Part shown: positions 28,231-37,688 of the stretch, piece after piece
How the letters are laid out: each line of letters begins with the position of its first letter
Numbering within the stretch: the first letter of the stretch is position 1
Source: Spirochaetia bacterium
GTDB taxonomy: Bacteria > Spirochaetota > Spirochaetia > CADAEX01
Assembly (NCBI GenBank): GCA_045606105.1
Contig: JAZURI010000003.1
Coordinates: 32,001-96,000, forward strand
Reading direction: 5' to 3'
Length of the DNA stretch: 64,000 nt
Notes under the pieces: model-generated
What the model was told of the DNA's origin: nothing
Databases searched by the model: none
Seen by the model: the letters and a program-made list of their open reading frames with translations, nothing else
Translations under genes and position numbers: made by a program

Positions 28231-28943
28231 ACTGGTGGCTTTTTTTCCTGGCCTTTGCCAGAATATTTGCCTTGATGCAGACTGCACCTCTTCTCTCATC
28301 AAGAAGCGTTCCGCTCCTGGTCCGCATCGCCATGTCCCTTTTTACAGCCTACGGAGTCACACCGGCCCTTACCGGAATTGTCATACCACAGGATCCGGTT
28401 TCATATTATCTCCTGCTGGCAGGAGAGGCCATGCTGGGAGCGGCAATGGGACTCTTCATGCAGATGGCTTATATGGTATTCCTTTCTGCCGGCCGGTTCA
28501 TGGGACTCTGTTTCGGAAATTTTTCGGGGGATGCCGATTCTCCGGTTGCCGGTCTCATGAATTATGCCGCAGTTTTCGTATTTCTGGCCGCATCGGGGCT
28601 CTACAGCCTTTTCTTTATAGGGGTTACCTCCTCCTTCAAGGCTCTTTCGGCCTACGACATTGCAGCCTGCAGGGAGGGAATGGCATTGCTCCTGACAAGG
28701 GGTTTTTCTGCAATGTTTGCCAAGGCACTACTGACAGCACTGCCCGTGATTGCCGTTCCTCTTCTTGTTACATTGATTACCGGGATTCTGAGACACATGG
28801 ATTTCGGCTGGAGTGCGGCCATGGTTACCGGAATCATAATGCTGGCCTTTGTCCTTCCGTTCCTTATGGATAGCTTCGGAAGCTTCATCGACAGCAGCTT
28901 TGACATAGTTTCGGGATGGATTTCATCGGGAGGAAGCCTATGA
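28227..28943 (+). CDS. fliR: Divergent export gate protein FliR
   Basis: FARIFALMQTAPLLSS..VP..VR and GEAMLG motifs; hydrophobic; between fliQ and flhB. Confidence 0.85.
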   Translation: MNWWLFFLAFARIFALMQTAPLLSSRSVPLLVRIAMSLFTAYGVTPALTGIVIPQDPVSYYLLLAGEAMLGAAMGLFMQMAYMVFLSAGRFMGLCFGNFSGDADSPVAGLMNYAAVFVFLAASGLYSLFFIGVTSSFKALSAYDIAACREGMALLLTRGFSAMFAKALLTALPVIAVPLLVTLITGILRHMDFGWSAAMVTGIIMLAFVLPFLMDSFGSFIDSSFDIVSGWISSGGSL

Positions 28944-29632
28944 TTGATGAAATCCGTGAGGTAAAGGCCACTGCCCGAAGGGTGAAAAAGGCTTCTGAAA
29001 GGGGAGATTCACCGAGAAGCAGGGAATTTGCAATGGCTTTTTCACTTCTGGCCGTACTGCTTGTCACCTTGGTTTTCGGAAAATATTTTCTCGGATGCAT
29101 CAGGGAAACCGTTGCTTCCTTTATCGGTTATGCAGTGGAGGGTGAGCTTGACGGAAAGGCTGCAGCCATGGCCTTCGGATGCTTTGTCCGGGTATGTGTT
29201 CCCTATTTTGCGGTGCTGGCTGCCGTGACCTGGATGACAGAGGTCAGTCAGGTGGGCTTTGTATTCGTTACCGGGGAAAAAAGAAAAATGGGAAAAAAGA
29301 CCCCATCCTCCGGATGGATCGGTGGAATTCTTTCCCTGCTCAGGACTGCTGCGGTGACAGCGGTGGTTTTCCTGGCTGTAAAAAGCGATTTCAACCGGCT
29401 TGCCGGTATGACAGATATGATGTTTACCTTTGTATTTGTTTTCAGGGTTCTTCTTTATGTGGGAATCCTTCTGGTGATTTCTGCATCTGCAGATTACTTG
29501 ATTGCCAGGTTCCTTCACAGGGAATCTCTCCGTATGACCAGAAGGGAGCTTTCGGAAGAACAGAGGGATGAAATGGGAGATCCGGCTGTAAAGGCCAGAC
29601 TTGACGAGAGAATGAAACAGCTTCTGAGCTGA
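28940..29632 (+). CDS. flhB: FlhB transmembrane part only (230 aa; stops before the NPTH site)
   Basis: KATARRVKKASERGDSPRSRE, QVGF, LRMTRRELSEEQRDEMGDPAVKAR, then stop. Confidence 0.88.
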   Translation: MIDEIREVKATARRVKKASERGDSPRSREFAMAFSLLAVLLVTLVFGKYFLGCIRETVASFIGYAVEGELDGKAAAMAFGCFVRVCVPYFAVLAAVTWMTEVSQVGFVFVTGEKRKMGKKTPSSGWIGGILSLLRTAAVTAVVFLAVKSDFNRLAGMTDMMFTFVFVFRVLLYVGILLVISASADYLIARFLHRESLRMTRRELSEEQRDEMGDPAVKARLDERMKQLLS

Positions 29633-29646
29633 AAGGGCTTTGATAT

Positions 29647-31668
29647 ATGATGAAAGAGAGAAAAAACAGCAATATTCTGGTGCCGCTGATAGTGCTTGTG
29701 GTGGTAGCGATGATAATAATACCAATGCCGGTACCGCTGCTTGATATCTTTATGGCAGCCAACCTGCTTTTCAGCCTTGCGGTACTGCTGATGGTCATCT
29801 ACACCGGAAAGCCTTCCGATTTTTCGGTTTTCCCGACCATGCTTCTTGTCTCCACCGTATTCGGACTGGGGCTGAATGTATCCTCCACCAGGCTTATCCT
29901 TTCCAAAGGGGCCGAATTTGACGGCAAGCTTATCAGGGCCTTCGGAAACTTTGTCGTAGGTTCATCGGGAAATGAGGGTCTTGTAATCGGTCTGATCATC
30001 TTTGTCATCTTTATCCTTGTCCAGCTGATCGTAATAACCAAGGGTGCCGGAAGAGCTGCCGAGGTTGCTGCCAGGTTCAATCTGGATGCCATGAACCAGC
30101 GGAATCTCTCCATCGATGCCGATGTGGCAGGGGGCCATATTACAGCAGCTGAAGGGGAAATACGGAAAAAGGAGTATCAGCAGGAAACTGATTTCTACAA
30201 GAGCATGGACGGTGCCTCCAAGTTTGTTTCCGGAAATGTAAAGGTGGGAATCGTCATCACATTGGTCAATATCATCGGCGGTATAATCATCGGAATGCTG
30301 CTCAGGAAGGAAAGCTTCGGTCTGGCTGTGGCAAACTATACAGCCCTTACCATCGGAGACGGTCTTGTAACCCAGTTCCCTTCCATTATGATTTCGGTAG
30401 CCACTGCCATCATAGTCACCAGCTCCACCGGTTCCGGCTCGCTGGCAGCCGACTTTGCCGGACAGTTTTCCAAAAGGCCGGAAATATACCGTATCCTTGC
30501 AGTTTTTTCAGTAATAATGGCCCTTCTTCCGGGCTTCAGAAGAGCATGGTACATTTTCATTCCTCTGGGAATCTTTCTTTTCTATCTGGGACACAAACTG
30601 GGACAGTCAGGTTCCGTTCCTGAAAAAGAGGAGAAACCCGAAACAAAGCCGGAAAGTGCCGCCCCTGCCGCAGACATAAGCATTTCCCCAGTGTCAGAGG
30701 TTCATCCTCTCTATCTGGGACTGGGATACGGTCTTTACAGATTTGCATCTGACAGCACCATGTTCGGAAACCGTATAACGGAACTCCGGAAAAAAATAGC
30801 ATCTGAACTGGGATTTGCCATTCCTCCGGTCAGGATAACAGATAACCTTAATCTTAAGCCGGCGGAATACAGTATCAGGATCAGGGATGTGGAGGCAGCC
30901 AGGGCTTCTGTCCGTGCAGACAAGCTTGTGGCCATAGCCGACGGTCCGGTATCGGACAAGGTGCTCCGAAATCTGGGTGAGGAATTCAATGAACCGGTCT
31001 ACGGAAAAAAAGCCTGCTGGATTTCGGCAGAAGAGAGGGAAAATGCCCGGGACAAAGGGTGTATAGTTACAGATATACCGTCTCTCATTATTGTCCATAT
31101 GGAGGAGATAATCAGGAGAAATGCCGCTGACCTCCTTGACCGTCAGACTGTGCAGTCCATGCTGGATGAGCTTTCAAAAAGACATCCTGCCGCAGTAAAG
31201 GAGACCATGAAGCTTCTTACTCTGATAGATATACACAAGGTGCTCAGGAATCTGCTCAAGGAACAGGTTTCCATCCGGGATCTGGGACTGATTCTTGAAA
31301 CTCTCGGCGACAGCGTTTCTGTCTCCGGGGATATCGGATATCTTACGGAAGAGACACGCCGGGGACTCAGACGGCAGATTTCACACAGCTATGCAGATGA
31401 AGGAATGCATCTCCATGTCATTACACTCAGCAGCGAAACAGAGAAAAAGCTTCTGGAAAATCCTTATGATATCAGATTCAACGAAAAGCTTGCAGGAAGG
31501 GTAATGGAGCTGGCAGAGGGAAGAAACGTGGTTCTTATGTGCAGAAAGGAGCTCAGGGCCGGTCTGGGAGCCCTTCTTGCCGGAAAAAAGAGCTTTGTTC
31601 CGGTATTATCGGCAGATGAGAAGGCAGATGACATAATTATTGAATTCCACGGAAAGGTTGATGTATGA
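29647..31668 (+). CDS. flhA: Export apparatus protein FlhA
   Basis: FSVFPTMLL, LNVSSTRLIL, VITKGAGRAAEVAARFNLDAM, MDGASKFV, TIGDGLV, LLKEQVSIRDL. Confidence 0.96.
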   Translation: MMKERKNSNILVPLIVLVVVAMIIIPMPVPLLDIFMAANLLFSLAVLLMVIYTGKPSDFSVFPTMLLVSTVFGLGLNVSSTRLILSKGAEFDGKLIRAFGNFVVGSSGNEGLVIGLIIFVIFILVQLIVITKGAGRAAEVAARFNLDAMNQRNLSIDADVAGGHITAAEGEIRKKEYQQETDFYKSMDGASKFVSGNVKVGIVITLVNIIGGIIIGMLLRKESFGLAVANYTALTIGDGLVTQFPSIMISVATAIIVTSSTGSGSLAADFAGQFSKRPEIYRILAVFSVIMALLPGFRRAWYIFIPLGIFLFYLGHKLGQSGSVPEKEEKPETKPESAAPAADISISPVSEVHPLYLGLGYGLYRFASDSTMFGNRITELRKKIASELGFAIPPVRITDNLNLKPAEYSIRIRDVEAARASVRADKLVAIADGPVSDKVLRNLGEEFNEPVYGKKACWISAEERENARDKGCIVTDIPSLIIVHMEEIIRRNAADLLDRQTVQSMLDELSKRHPAAVKETMKLLTLIDIHKVLRNLLKEQVSIRDLGLILETLGDSVSVSGDIGYLTEETRRGLRRQISHSYADEGMHLHVITLSSETEKKLLENPYDIRFNEKLAGRVMELAEGRNVVLMCRKELRAGLGALLAGKKSFVPVLSADEKADDIIIEFHGKVDV

Positions 31669-32531
31669 TCGGTGATTATTCCTTAGTTGTCAGAGCCCTT
31701 GAAAGGATAGAAAAAAAACTGGATTCCGGTATCGGTACAACAGCTGTGCCCGATAATATTCTCTATACCGAGGAGCTTCTCCGTTCAAACGATTTTTCCC
31801 ATTCCTTTATCAGGAAAATATCGGAGACCCTGATGAGGGAGGTTTCCTACGAGAATCTTCTGAGCAGAGGCTATGTGCTGAAGAGAATCAGGGATCTTAT
31901 TCTTGATAATATAAATATTTATGATATTACAGAGCCTTATGTTCCGGAAATTACGGTGTTGCTGGGCCCAACCGGAGTCGGAAAGACCACCACGGTAGCC
32001 AAGCTTGCCGCAGAGAACATAAAGAAAGGGCGGCGTACAGGAATCATCACCACCGATTATTTCAAGGCAGGAGCTGCCGAGCAGATAGAGACCCTGGCCA
32101 AGATCATGAAGATTCCTTATGTTTCAATCCGTAATTCCGAGGATATGGAAAGACAGATTGACGAATGGAGCAGTGCCATGGATTCCATCCTGGTGGACTC
32201 CGTAGGAAAAAGCCCCAGGGATGAAATGCTTTCGTCGGGAGATGTGATGGCAGGCTGCGGACAGGCGGCTCACAGGTTCCTGGTGGTAAGTGCCTCCACA
32301 AAAGGGTCCGACCTGGTAAGGATCATGAAGCAGTTCGATATTTTCGGATACGATTCCGTTATATGCACGAAGCTGGACGAGACCTACCATATCGGCAACC
32401 TTATTTCCGCACTTGCGGAGGCAGACAGAAGCATAGCCTACATAACTACGGGGCAGAAGATACATGTAAATATAGAGAAGGCCTCAAAGGAAAGGCTTCT
32501 CGGTTATCTGGAAGGATTTGCTGCAGTATGA
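31665..32531 (+). CDS. flhF: SRP-type GTPase FlhF (N-terminal B domain largely absent)
   Basis: GPTGVGKTTTVAKLAA, DSVGKSPRD, TKLDET, YITTGQ; follows flhA. Confidence 0.88.
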   Translation: MIGDYSLVVRALERIEKKLDSGIGTTAVPDNILYTEELLRSNDFSHSFIRKISETLMREVSYENLLSRGYVLKRIRDLILDNINIYDITEPYVPEITVLLGPTGVGKTTTVAKLAAENIKKGRRTGIITTDYFKAGAAEQIETLAKIMKIPYVSIRNSEDMERQIDEWSSAMDSILVDSVGKSPRDEMLSSGDVMAGCGQAAHRFLVVSASTKGSDLVRIMKQFDIFGYDSVICTKLDETYHIGNLISALAEADRSIAYITTGQKIHVNIEKASKERLLGYLEGFAAV

Positions 32532-33340
32532 TTGAAGAGGATGTTATGGATAAAGCAGATTTTTTGACTGATGAAGAAAGAATGGAGCAGGAGCTCTGGA
32601 AAAAATATAAGGAAACCGAGAATCCGGAACTGGAAAACCAGATAATCAAGAAATATCTTTACCTGGTCAAATATGTGGCAGGTAAGATTCCGCTGAATCC
32701 GGGTTCAGGGGTGGAGTTTGAAGATTACTGCGGCTTCGGAGTACTGGGTCTTCTGGATGCAGTCAGGAAATTTGACCTGGGAAAAAATACTAAATTCAAG
32801 ACCTATGCCATTATCAAGATCAGGGGAGCCATAATCGATGAAATGAGAAAGCTGGATTTTTTCCCAAGATCGGTTCACCAGACTGCCAAGGCTATCGAGG
32901 ACAATATCAGAATTCTGGAGGAGAAGCTGGAAAGAGTTCCGAGTGATGAGGAAATTGCGGAGCACATGAATATTTCTGTCCAGGAATTCAGACGGAAGCT
33001 TCAGAGAGTCAGCTGTACCACCATTATCTCCCTTAATGAGCAGTGGGCTTCCGGTGACAACGACAAGCTATCCCTGCTTGATACCCTTGAATCCCCGGCC
33101 GGTCTTAATCCCGAAACCATAGCAGAACGGAAGGAGATCATCAGGGTGGTTTCCGATGCCATCATGACACTTCCTGAAAAGGAGAGACAGGTACTCTTCC
33201 TGTATTACAAGGAGGAGCTTACTTTGAAGGAAATCGGCAATACCCTTGATGTTACCGAATCGAGAATATCGCAGCTTCATGCCAAGGCTGTACTGACCCT
33301 CAGAACCAGGCTTTCAAATTCAAGAAGGGGAATCTGTTGA
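32528..33340 (+). CDS. fliA: FliA/WhiG (sigma-28) RNA polymerase sigma factor
   Basis: GLLDAVRKFD, FKTYAIIKIRGAIIDEMR, YYKEELTLKEIG..LDVTESRISQLH; ATGA overlap with flhF. Confidence 0.95.
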   Translation: MIEEDVMDKADFLTDEERMEQELWKKYKETENPELENQIIKKYLYLVKYVAGKIPLNPGSGVEFEDYCGFGVLGLLDAVRKFDLGKNTKFKTYAIIKIRGAIIDEMRKLDFFPRSVHQTAKAIEDNIRILEEKLERVPSDEEIAEHMNISVQEFRRKLQRVSCTTIISLNEQWASGDNDKLSLLDTLESPAGLNPETIAERKEIIRVVSDAIMTLPEKERQVLFLYYKEELTLKEIGNTLDVTESRISQLHAKAVLTLRTRLSNSRRGIC

Positions 33341-33642
33341 TCTGGCTGCTTGTTTCCGTAAACCTGGTGTTTCTCCTGGTGGCTCTTTTTGTCATCCGCC
33401 GATATTTCAGGCGTGTTTCCGGGGAGCTCAATTCCCTTGTGGAGGAGTTCAACAGAAATGCGGAAAGAAATCTGATACTTCTGGAAGACAGGCTGCGCAG
33501 GATAGACAATCCCGACGACCGTACCCTTTACCAGGTCAGGCTTCTTCATAAAGAGGGGCTTTCGGAGGCGGAAATTGCGGAAAAGCTTTCGCTTCCCCTT
33601 TCTCAGGTCTCCTTTATCATAGATTTTTCAGATAAGCTCTGA
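33337..33642 (+). CDS. Small protein with N-terminal TM, coiled-coil and C-terminal HTH-like segment; last gene of the fla cluster
   Basis: ELNSLVEEFNRNAERNLILLEDR; LHKEGLSEAEIAEKLSL; TTGA overlap with fliA. Confidence 0.7.
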   Translation: MIWLLVSVNLVFLLVALFVIRRYFRRVSGELNSLVEEFNRNAERNLILLEDRLRRIDNPDDRTLYQVRLLHKEGLSEAEIAEKLSLPLSQVSFIIDFSDKL

Positions 33643-35107
33643 CAGCTTTTTCGGCAACAGCCCTTTCATCCCAGGTTATAGATCCATCCTTGTAGATGAT
33701 GGAGGATTCATGTCCCTTGCCAAGAAGAAGTACCGTATCTCCCGGTTCTGCTGTTTCCACCGCCTTTTCTATGGCTTTCACCCTGTCAGGAATCTTATAG
33801 AGCATTTCCTTCGGGAAACTGCTTTCAATGCCGGCTGCAATATCATCAATCACCGCCATACTCTCTTCTCCTCTCGGATCCTCATCCGCCAGGATAATGA
33901 CATCGCAGTATTCAGAAGCTATTTTTCCCTGGATAGCCCTTTTTTCGGTATCCCGTTCCCCGGCCGAGCCGAAAACCGCAATCAGCTTGTTTTCAGTCTG
34001 TTTCTTCATCATCGGGAACAGCTTGGTAAAGGCACCGGGAGTGTGGGCATAATCCACGATAAGGTTGAAATCCTGTCCGCAGTCAACAACCTCCATGCGT
34101 CCCTTCACCGATTTAAGCTTTCCTGAAAGGGCAAATACCTCAGCCGGATTGATACCTGTAATCTTTATCACAGCCAGAGCTGTACCCAGAAAATTCTCCA
34201 CATTGAAAAGCCCCGGAATATTTATCCTGCAGCTGTATCTCTTTCCTTCAAGGACTGCGGTGAAATCTGTACCTGAATTGCTGGCTGCTATATCCTCGGC
34301 ATGGATATGGGCTTCAGGGTCTGAAACAGAGTATGTGTATACCGGCACCTTGGATGCCTCGATGAAGTGCGGTGCAAAGCGGTCATTTTTGTTGACTATG
34401 TTGAAAAGTGTACTTTTTCTGAAAAGATTGGCCTTGTCATCGGCATATTTTTCTATTGTTCCGTGAAATTCCAGATGCTCGTGGGAGATATTGGTCATGA
34501 TTCCTGCCTTGTACTCCACATCGTTGAGCCTCATGGTCCTGTCCGAAAGACCGTGGGAGGTGGATTCCAGGGCAGCATAGATACATCCCTTTCTTGTCAT
34601 TTCATCCAGTATCATCATTATTTCCGAGGATTCCGGAGTGGACTGCCTGTAAGGGTTCTTGATTATGCTTTCTCCGTCCGAATATTCCACGGTTGAAAGG
34701 AAACCGGTCTTCCGTCCCAGGAGATTCAGCATCTGGTAGAGAAAAAAAACCGAGGAGCTCTTGCCGTCCGTTCCCGTAACTCCTATGACACTGAGCCTGG
34801 AGGAGGGATGGTCGTAAAGGGCGGAAGCGAGGGCCGACATGGTTTTTTTCGGATTATCAGTCTGCACATAGGTTACATTTTCCCTGAGGACAGCCGGTAA
34901 TACCGATGTGAATACAGCTGTTGCCCCCTTGTCTGCAGCCGCATCTATGTATCTGTTTCCGTCGGTATGGATTCCCTCGAATGCAAAGAAAGCAAAATTC
35001 CTGCCGCATCTCCTGGAATCGTAGGTCACACCCTCTATATCAATATTCACATTGCCCTTTACTTCTGAAAAGTTGCAATGTTTGAGCAAATCAGATAGTT
35101 TTTTCAT
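33617..35107 (-). CDS. murE: UDP-MurNAc-dipeptide:diamino-acid ligase
   Basis: YDSR, GVTGTDGKSS, STPE, EHLEFHG, VDYAHTP, LLGKGHE. Confidence 0.95.
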   Translation of the reverse strand: MKKLSDLLKHCNFSEVKGNVNIDIEGVTYDSRRCGRNFAFFAFEGIHTDGNRYIDAAADKGATAVFTSVLPAVLRENVTYVQTDNPKKTMSALASALYDHPSSRLSVIGVTGTDGKSSSVFFLYQMLNLLGRKTGFLSTVEYSDGESIIKNPYRQSTPESSEIMMILDEMTRKGCIYAALESTSHGLSDRTMRLNDVEYKAGIMTNISHEHLEFHGTIEKYADDKANLFRKSTLFNIVNKNDRFAPHFIEASKVPVYTYSVSDPEAHIHAEDIAASNSGTDFTAVLEGKRYSCRINIPGLFNVENFLGTALAVIKITGINPAEVFALSGKLKSVKGRMEVVDCGQDFNLIVDYAHTPGAFTKLFPMMKKQTENKLIAVFGSAGERDTEKRAIQGKIASEYCDVIILADEDPRGEESMAVIDDIAAGIESSFPKEMLYKIPDRVKAIEKAVETAEPGDTVLLLGKGHESSIIYKDGSITWDERAVAEKAVRAYLKNL

Positions 35108-35159
35108 GTATAATATGTTATCAATAATAGTGGAAATCTGCAAGGTTTCGGAGGAATTT

Positions 35160-35528
35160 ATGTTTACACTGCGGGTGGAGGACTGGTTTGCCGCAGCCCA
35201 TTATCTTGAAAACTATCACGGCAAATGCGAAAACCTTCACGGACATAACTACAAGGTACGGGTTTATGTTTCGGGAACAGAGCTGGGTCCCGGAGGGATG
35301 CTCATCGATTTTGCCCTGCTGAAGAAAATGGTGAAGGAGATACTGGACAAGCTGGATCACCGGAATCTCAACGACCTGCCCTGCTTCAGCGGTACCGAGC
35401 CGAGTGCGGAAAACATCAGCAGGTTCATTTTCAGGGAGCTGAAACCGATGCTTCCTTCCAATGTTGCCCTTTCGGGTGTGGAGATTTTTGAAACCGAAAA
35501 GAACTGCGTGCTTTACAGGGAGGACTGA
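35160..35528 (+). CDS. queD: 6-carboxytetrahydropterin synthase
   Basis: FAAAH...GKCENLHGHNY, LDHRNLND, PSAENI, ETEKN. Confidence 0.93.
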   Translation: MFTLRVEDWFAAAHYLENYHGKCENLHGHNYKVRVYVSGTELGPGGMLIDFALLKKMVKEILDKLDHRNLNDLPCFSGTEPSAENISRFIFRELKPMLPSNVALSGVEIFETEKNCVLYRED

Positions 35529-36176
35529 ATGAAAATTTTCATTATTTCAGATATACACGGCAATGATGACTTCATGCCGGTGGAAGAGGAGATAGCACAG
35601 GCCGATCTGGTTCTCTGTGCAGGGGATCTTACCCATTTTGATACTGCGGAAAAGGGGATGGCTACAGCCGAAAAGCTTCTTTCCCTCAATCCGTCAACCC
35701 GGTTCGTGTCGGGAAACTGCGATTCCCCGGCCCTGGAGGGAATGCTGGCTGAAAAAGGGGTCTCTCTCCACGGGAAAAGCGTGACCTTTGAGAAAAACGG
35801 GGAAAAACTGGTGATTTCAGGGCTGGGCGGTTCCCTTACCACGCCCATGTCCACACCGAACACCTGGAGCGAGGCAGAGGCTTCCCCTCTTGTCGGAGCC
35901 CTGGATCCCGATACCGACATACTTCTGACCCATCAGCCACCATACGGTTCCAAGGCCGACATAGTCATGAAGATAAAGCATGTGGGAAGCCGGGAGCTTG
36001 AAAGATTCATAAAGGAGAATTCTCCACTGCTTTCGGTCTGCGGTCATATTCATGAATCCTTCGGTGTTTCGGAAATAGGAAAAACCAGGGTTGTCAATCC
36101 AGGTTCCTACAGGGAAGGAAGATATGCTGTTGTCACTGTTTCGGGAAAAGAGATCGTAAGCATCGATCTGAAATAA
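35529..36176 (+). CDS. Icc-like metallophosphoesterase
   Basis: SDIHG, AGDLT, GNCD, HQPP, CGHIHES, NPGS. Confidence 0.9.
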   Translation: MKIFIISDIHGNDDFMPVEEEIAQADLVLCAGDLTHFDTAEKGMATAEKLLSLNPSTRFVSGNCDSPALEGMLAEKGVSLHGKSVTFEKNGEKLVISGLGGSLTTPMSTPNTWSEAEASPLVGALDPDTDILLTHQPPYGSKADIVMKIKHVGSRELERFIKENSPLLSVCGHIHESFGVSEIGKTRVVNPGSYREGRYAVVTVSGKEIVSIDLK

Positions 36177-36240
36177 AACAGTTGTTTTTTTGTCACTTTT
36201 TTAATATTCTATTGTTTATAAGTTAGTAAGGAGATAAATC

Positions 36241-37665
36241 ATGGGACTTAAACTGTTCAACACAATGGGACGCTGCGTACAGGATTTTGTACCGATAGAA
36301 GAGGGAAAGGCAGGTTTTTACTGCTGCGGACCCACTGTTTATAACTTTGCCCATATCGGAAACCTTAAGACATACATTTTTGAAGATTTTCTTAAAAGAA
36401 CACTCATGTATCTTGGCTACAAGGTCAAGCATGTAATGAATATCACCGATGTAGGACATCTTACCGACGATGCGGACGAGGGAGAGGACAAGATGGCCAA
36501 AAGTGCCCGCGAAAAGGGGCAGAGCGTCTACGAGATTGCCGAATTCTACACAAAGGCATTCTTCAGCGACATAGACCGTCTCAACATCATCCATCCTACC
36601 ATCAGCTGCAAGGCCACAGAGCATATCAAGGAAATGATCGAGCTGGTTAAGGTCCTGGAGGAAAAGGGCTTTACCTACGAGGCCGGAGGAAACATCTACT
36701 TCTCCATAGACAAATTCCCGGAGTACGGAAAAATGGCTCTTCTGGACAGGCAGAACCTTCAGGCCGGAGCAAGGATCGAGGTGGACGGCAACAAGAGGAA
36801 TCCTTACGATTTTGTTCTCTGGTTCACAAAATCCAAGTTCGAGAATCACGCCATGATCTGGGATTCCCCATGGGGAAAAGGATATCCGGGCTGGCATCTG
36901 GAGTGCAGTGCCATGAGCATGAAATACCTGGGAAAGCATTTCGATATCCACTGCGGTGGTATAGACCACATCAATATCCATCACACCAACGAGATTGCCC
37001 AGTCTGAAGCAGCCACCGGTGAAAAATGGGTAAATTACTGGCTTCACGGAGAATTTCTGGTAATGAACAAGGCAAAGATGTCAAAATCTGCCGGAAATTT
37101 CCTTACAATCGATTCACTGGCGGAAAAGGGATACGATGCACTGGATTACCGCTATTTCTGTCTCGGCGGCCATTACAGGTCCCAGCTCCAGTTCAGCTTT
37201 GAATCGCTGGATGCTGCCAAAAAGGCCAGAAGAAACCTGAATACAAAGGTTGCCGAGCTCAAGGCTGCTGCAAAGCCGGCAGACAAGGGAGCCCTTTCAG
37301 AAGAGGCACTGGCTTATATCAGGACCTTTACGGAGGATATTTCCGACGATCTCAACAGCCCGAGAGCACTTGCCAGGGTATGGACCCTTCTCAAGGACGG
37401 AAAGCTTTCAGACAGTGAGAAGCTTTACCTTCTTCTCGATTTTGACAAGGTGCTGGGACTCAGGCTCAAGGATGCACAGCTTCCTCCTCAGGAGAGCTGC
37501 GAAGAGGAAATCAGCGACGAAATCAAGGATCTGATCAGACAGCGCAACGAGGCAAGAAAGGCAAAGGATTTTGCTGCTGCAGACTTCTGCAGGGATAAAA
37601 TCAGGGAGCTTGGTTACGAAATAAAGGATACTCCTCAGGGAACTATCTGTAAAAAATGTAACTAA
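36241..37665 (+). CDS. cysS: Cysteine-tRNA ligase
   Basis: [27 protein letters not shown]. Confidence 0.98.
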   Translation: MGLKLFNTMGRCVQDFVPIEEGKAGFYCCGPTVYNFAHIGNLKTYIFEDFLKRTLMYLGYKVKHVMNITDVGHLTDDADEGEDKMAKSAREKGQSVYEIAEFYTKAFFSDIDRLNIIHPTISCKATEHIKEMIELVKVLEEKGFTYEAGGNIYFSIDKFPEYGKMALLDRQNLQAGARIEVDGNKRNPYDFVLWFTKSKFENHAMIWDSPWGKGYPGWHLECSAMSMKYLGKHFDIHCGGIDHINIHHTNEIAQSEAATGEKWVNYWLHGEFLVMNKAKMSKSAGNFLTIDSLAEKGYDALDYRYFCLGGHYRSQLQFSFESLDAAKKARRNLNTKVAELKAAAKPADKGALSEEALAYIRTFTEDISDDLNSPRALARVWTLLKDGKLSDSEKLYLLLDFDKVLGLRLKDAQLPPQESCEEEISDEIKDLIRQRNEARKAKDFAAADFCRDKIRELGYEIKDTPQGTICKKCN

Positions 37666-37688
37666 TTCTGAAACAGGTTGTTTAAGTA

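Noticed and set aside
30205-30245. FlhA KFVSGN in place of KFVRGD (Salmonella D208)
   Set aside because: As I recall, motile spirochaete FlhA also has GN here, so it is not specific to this system.
22332-33642. Cluster as a horizontally acquired injectisome
   Set aside because: It contains flagellum-specific FliG, FliO, FlhF and FliA at the ancestral fla locus, and no secretin, needle or SctD genes.
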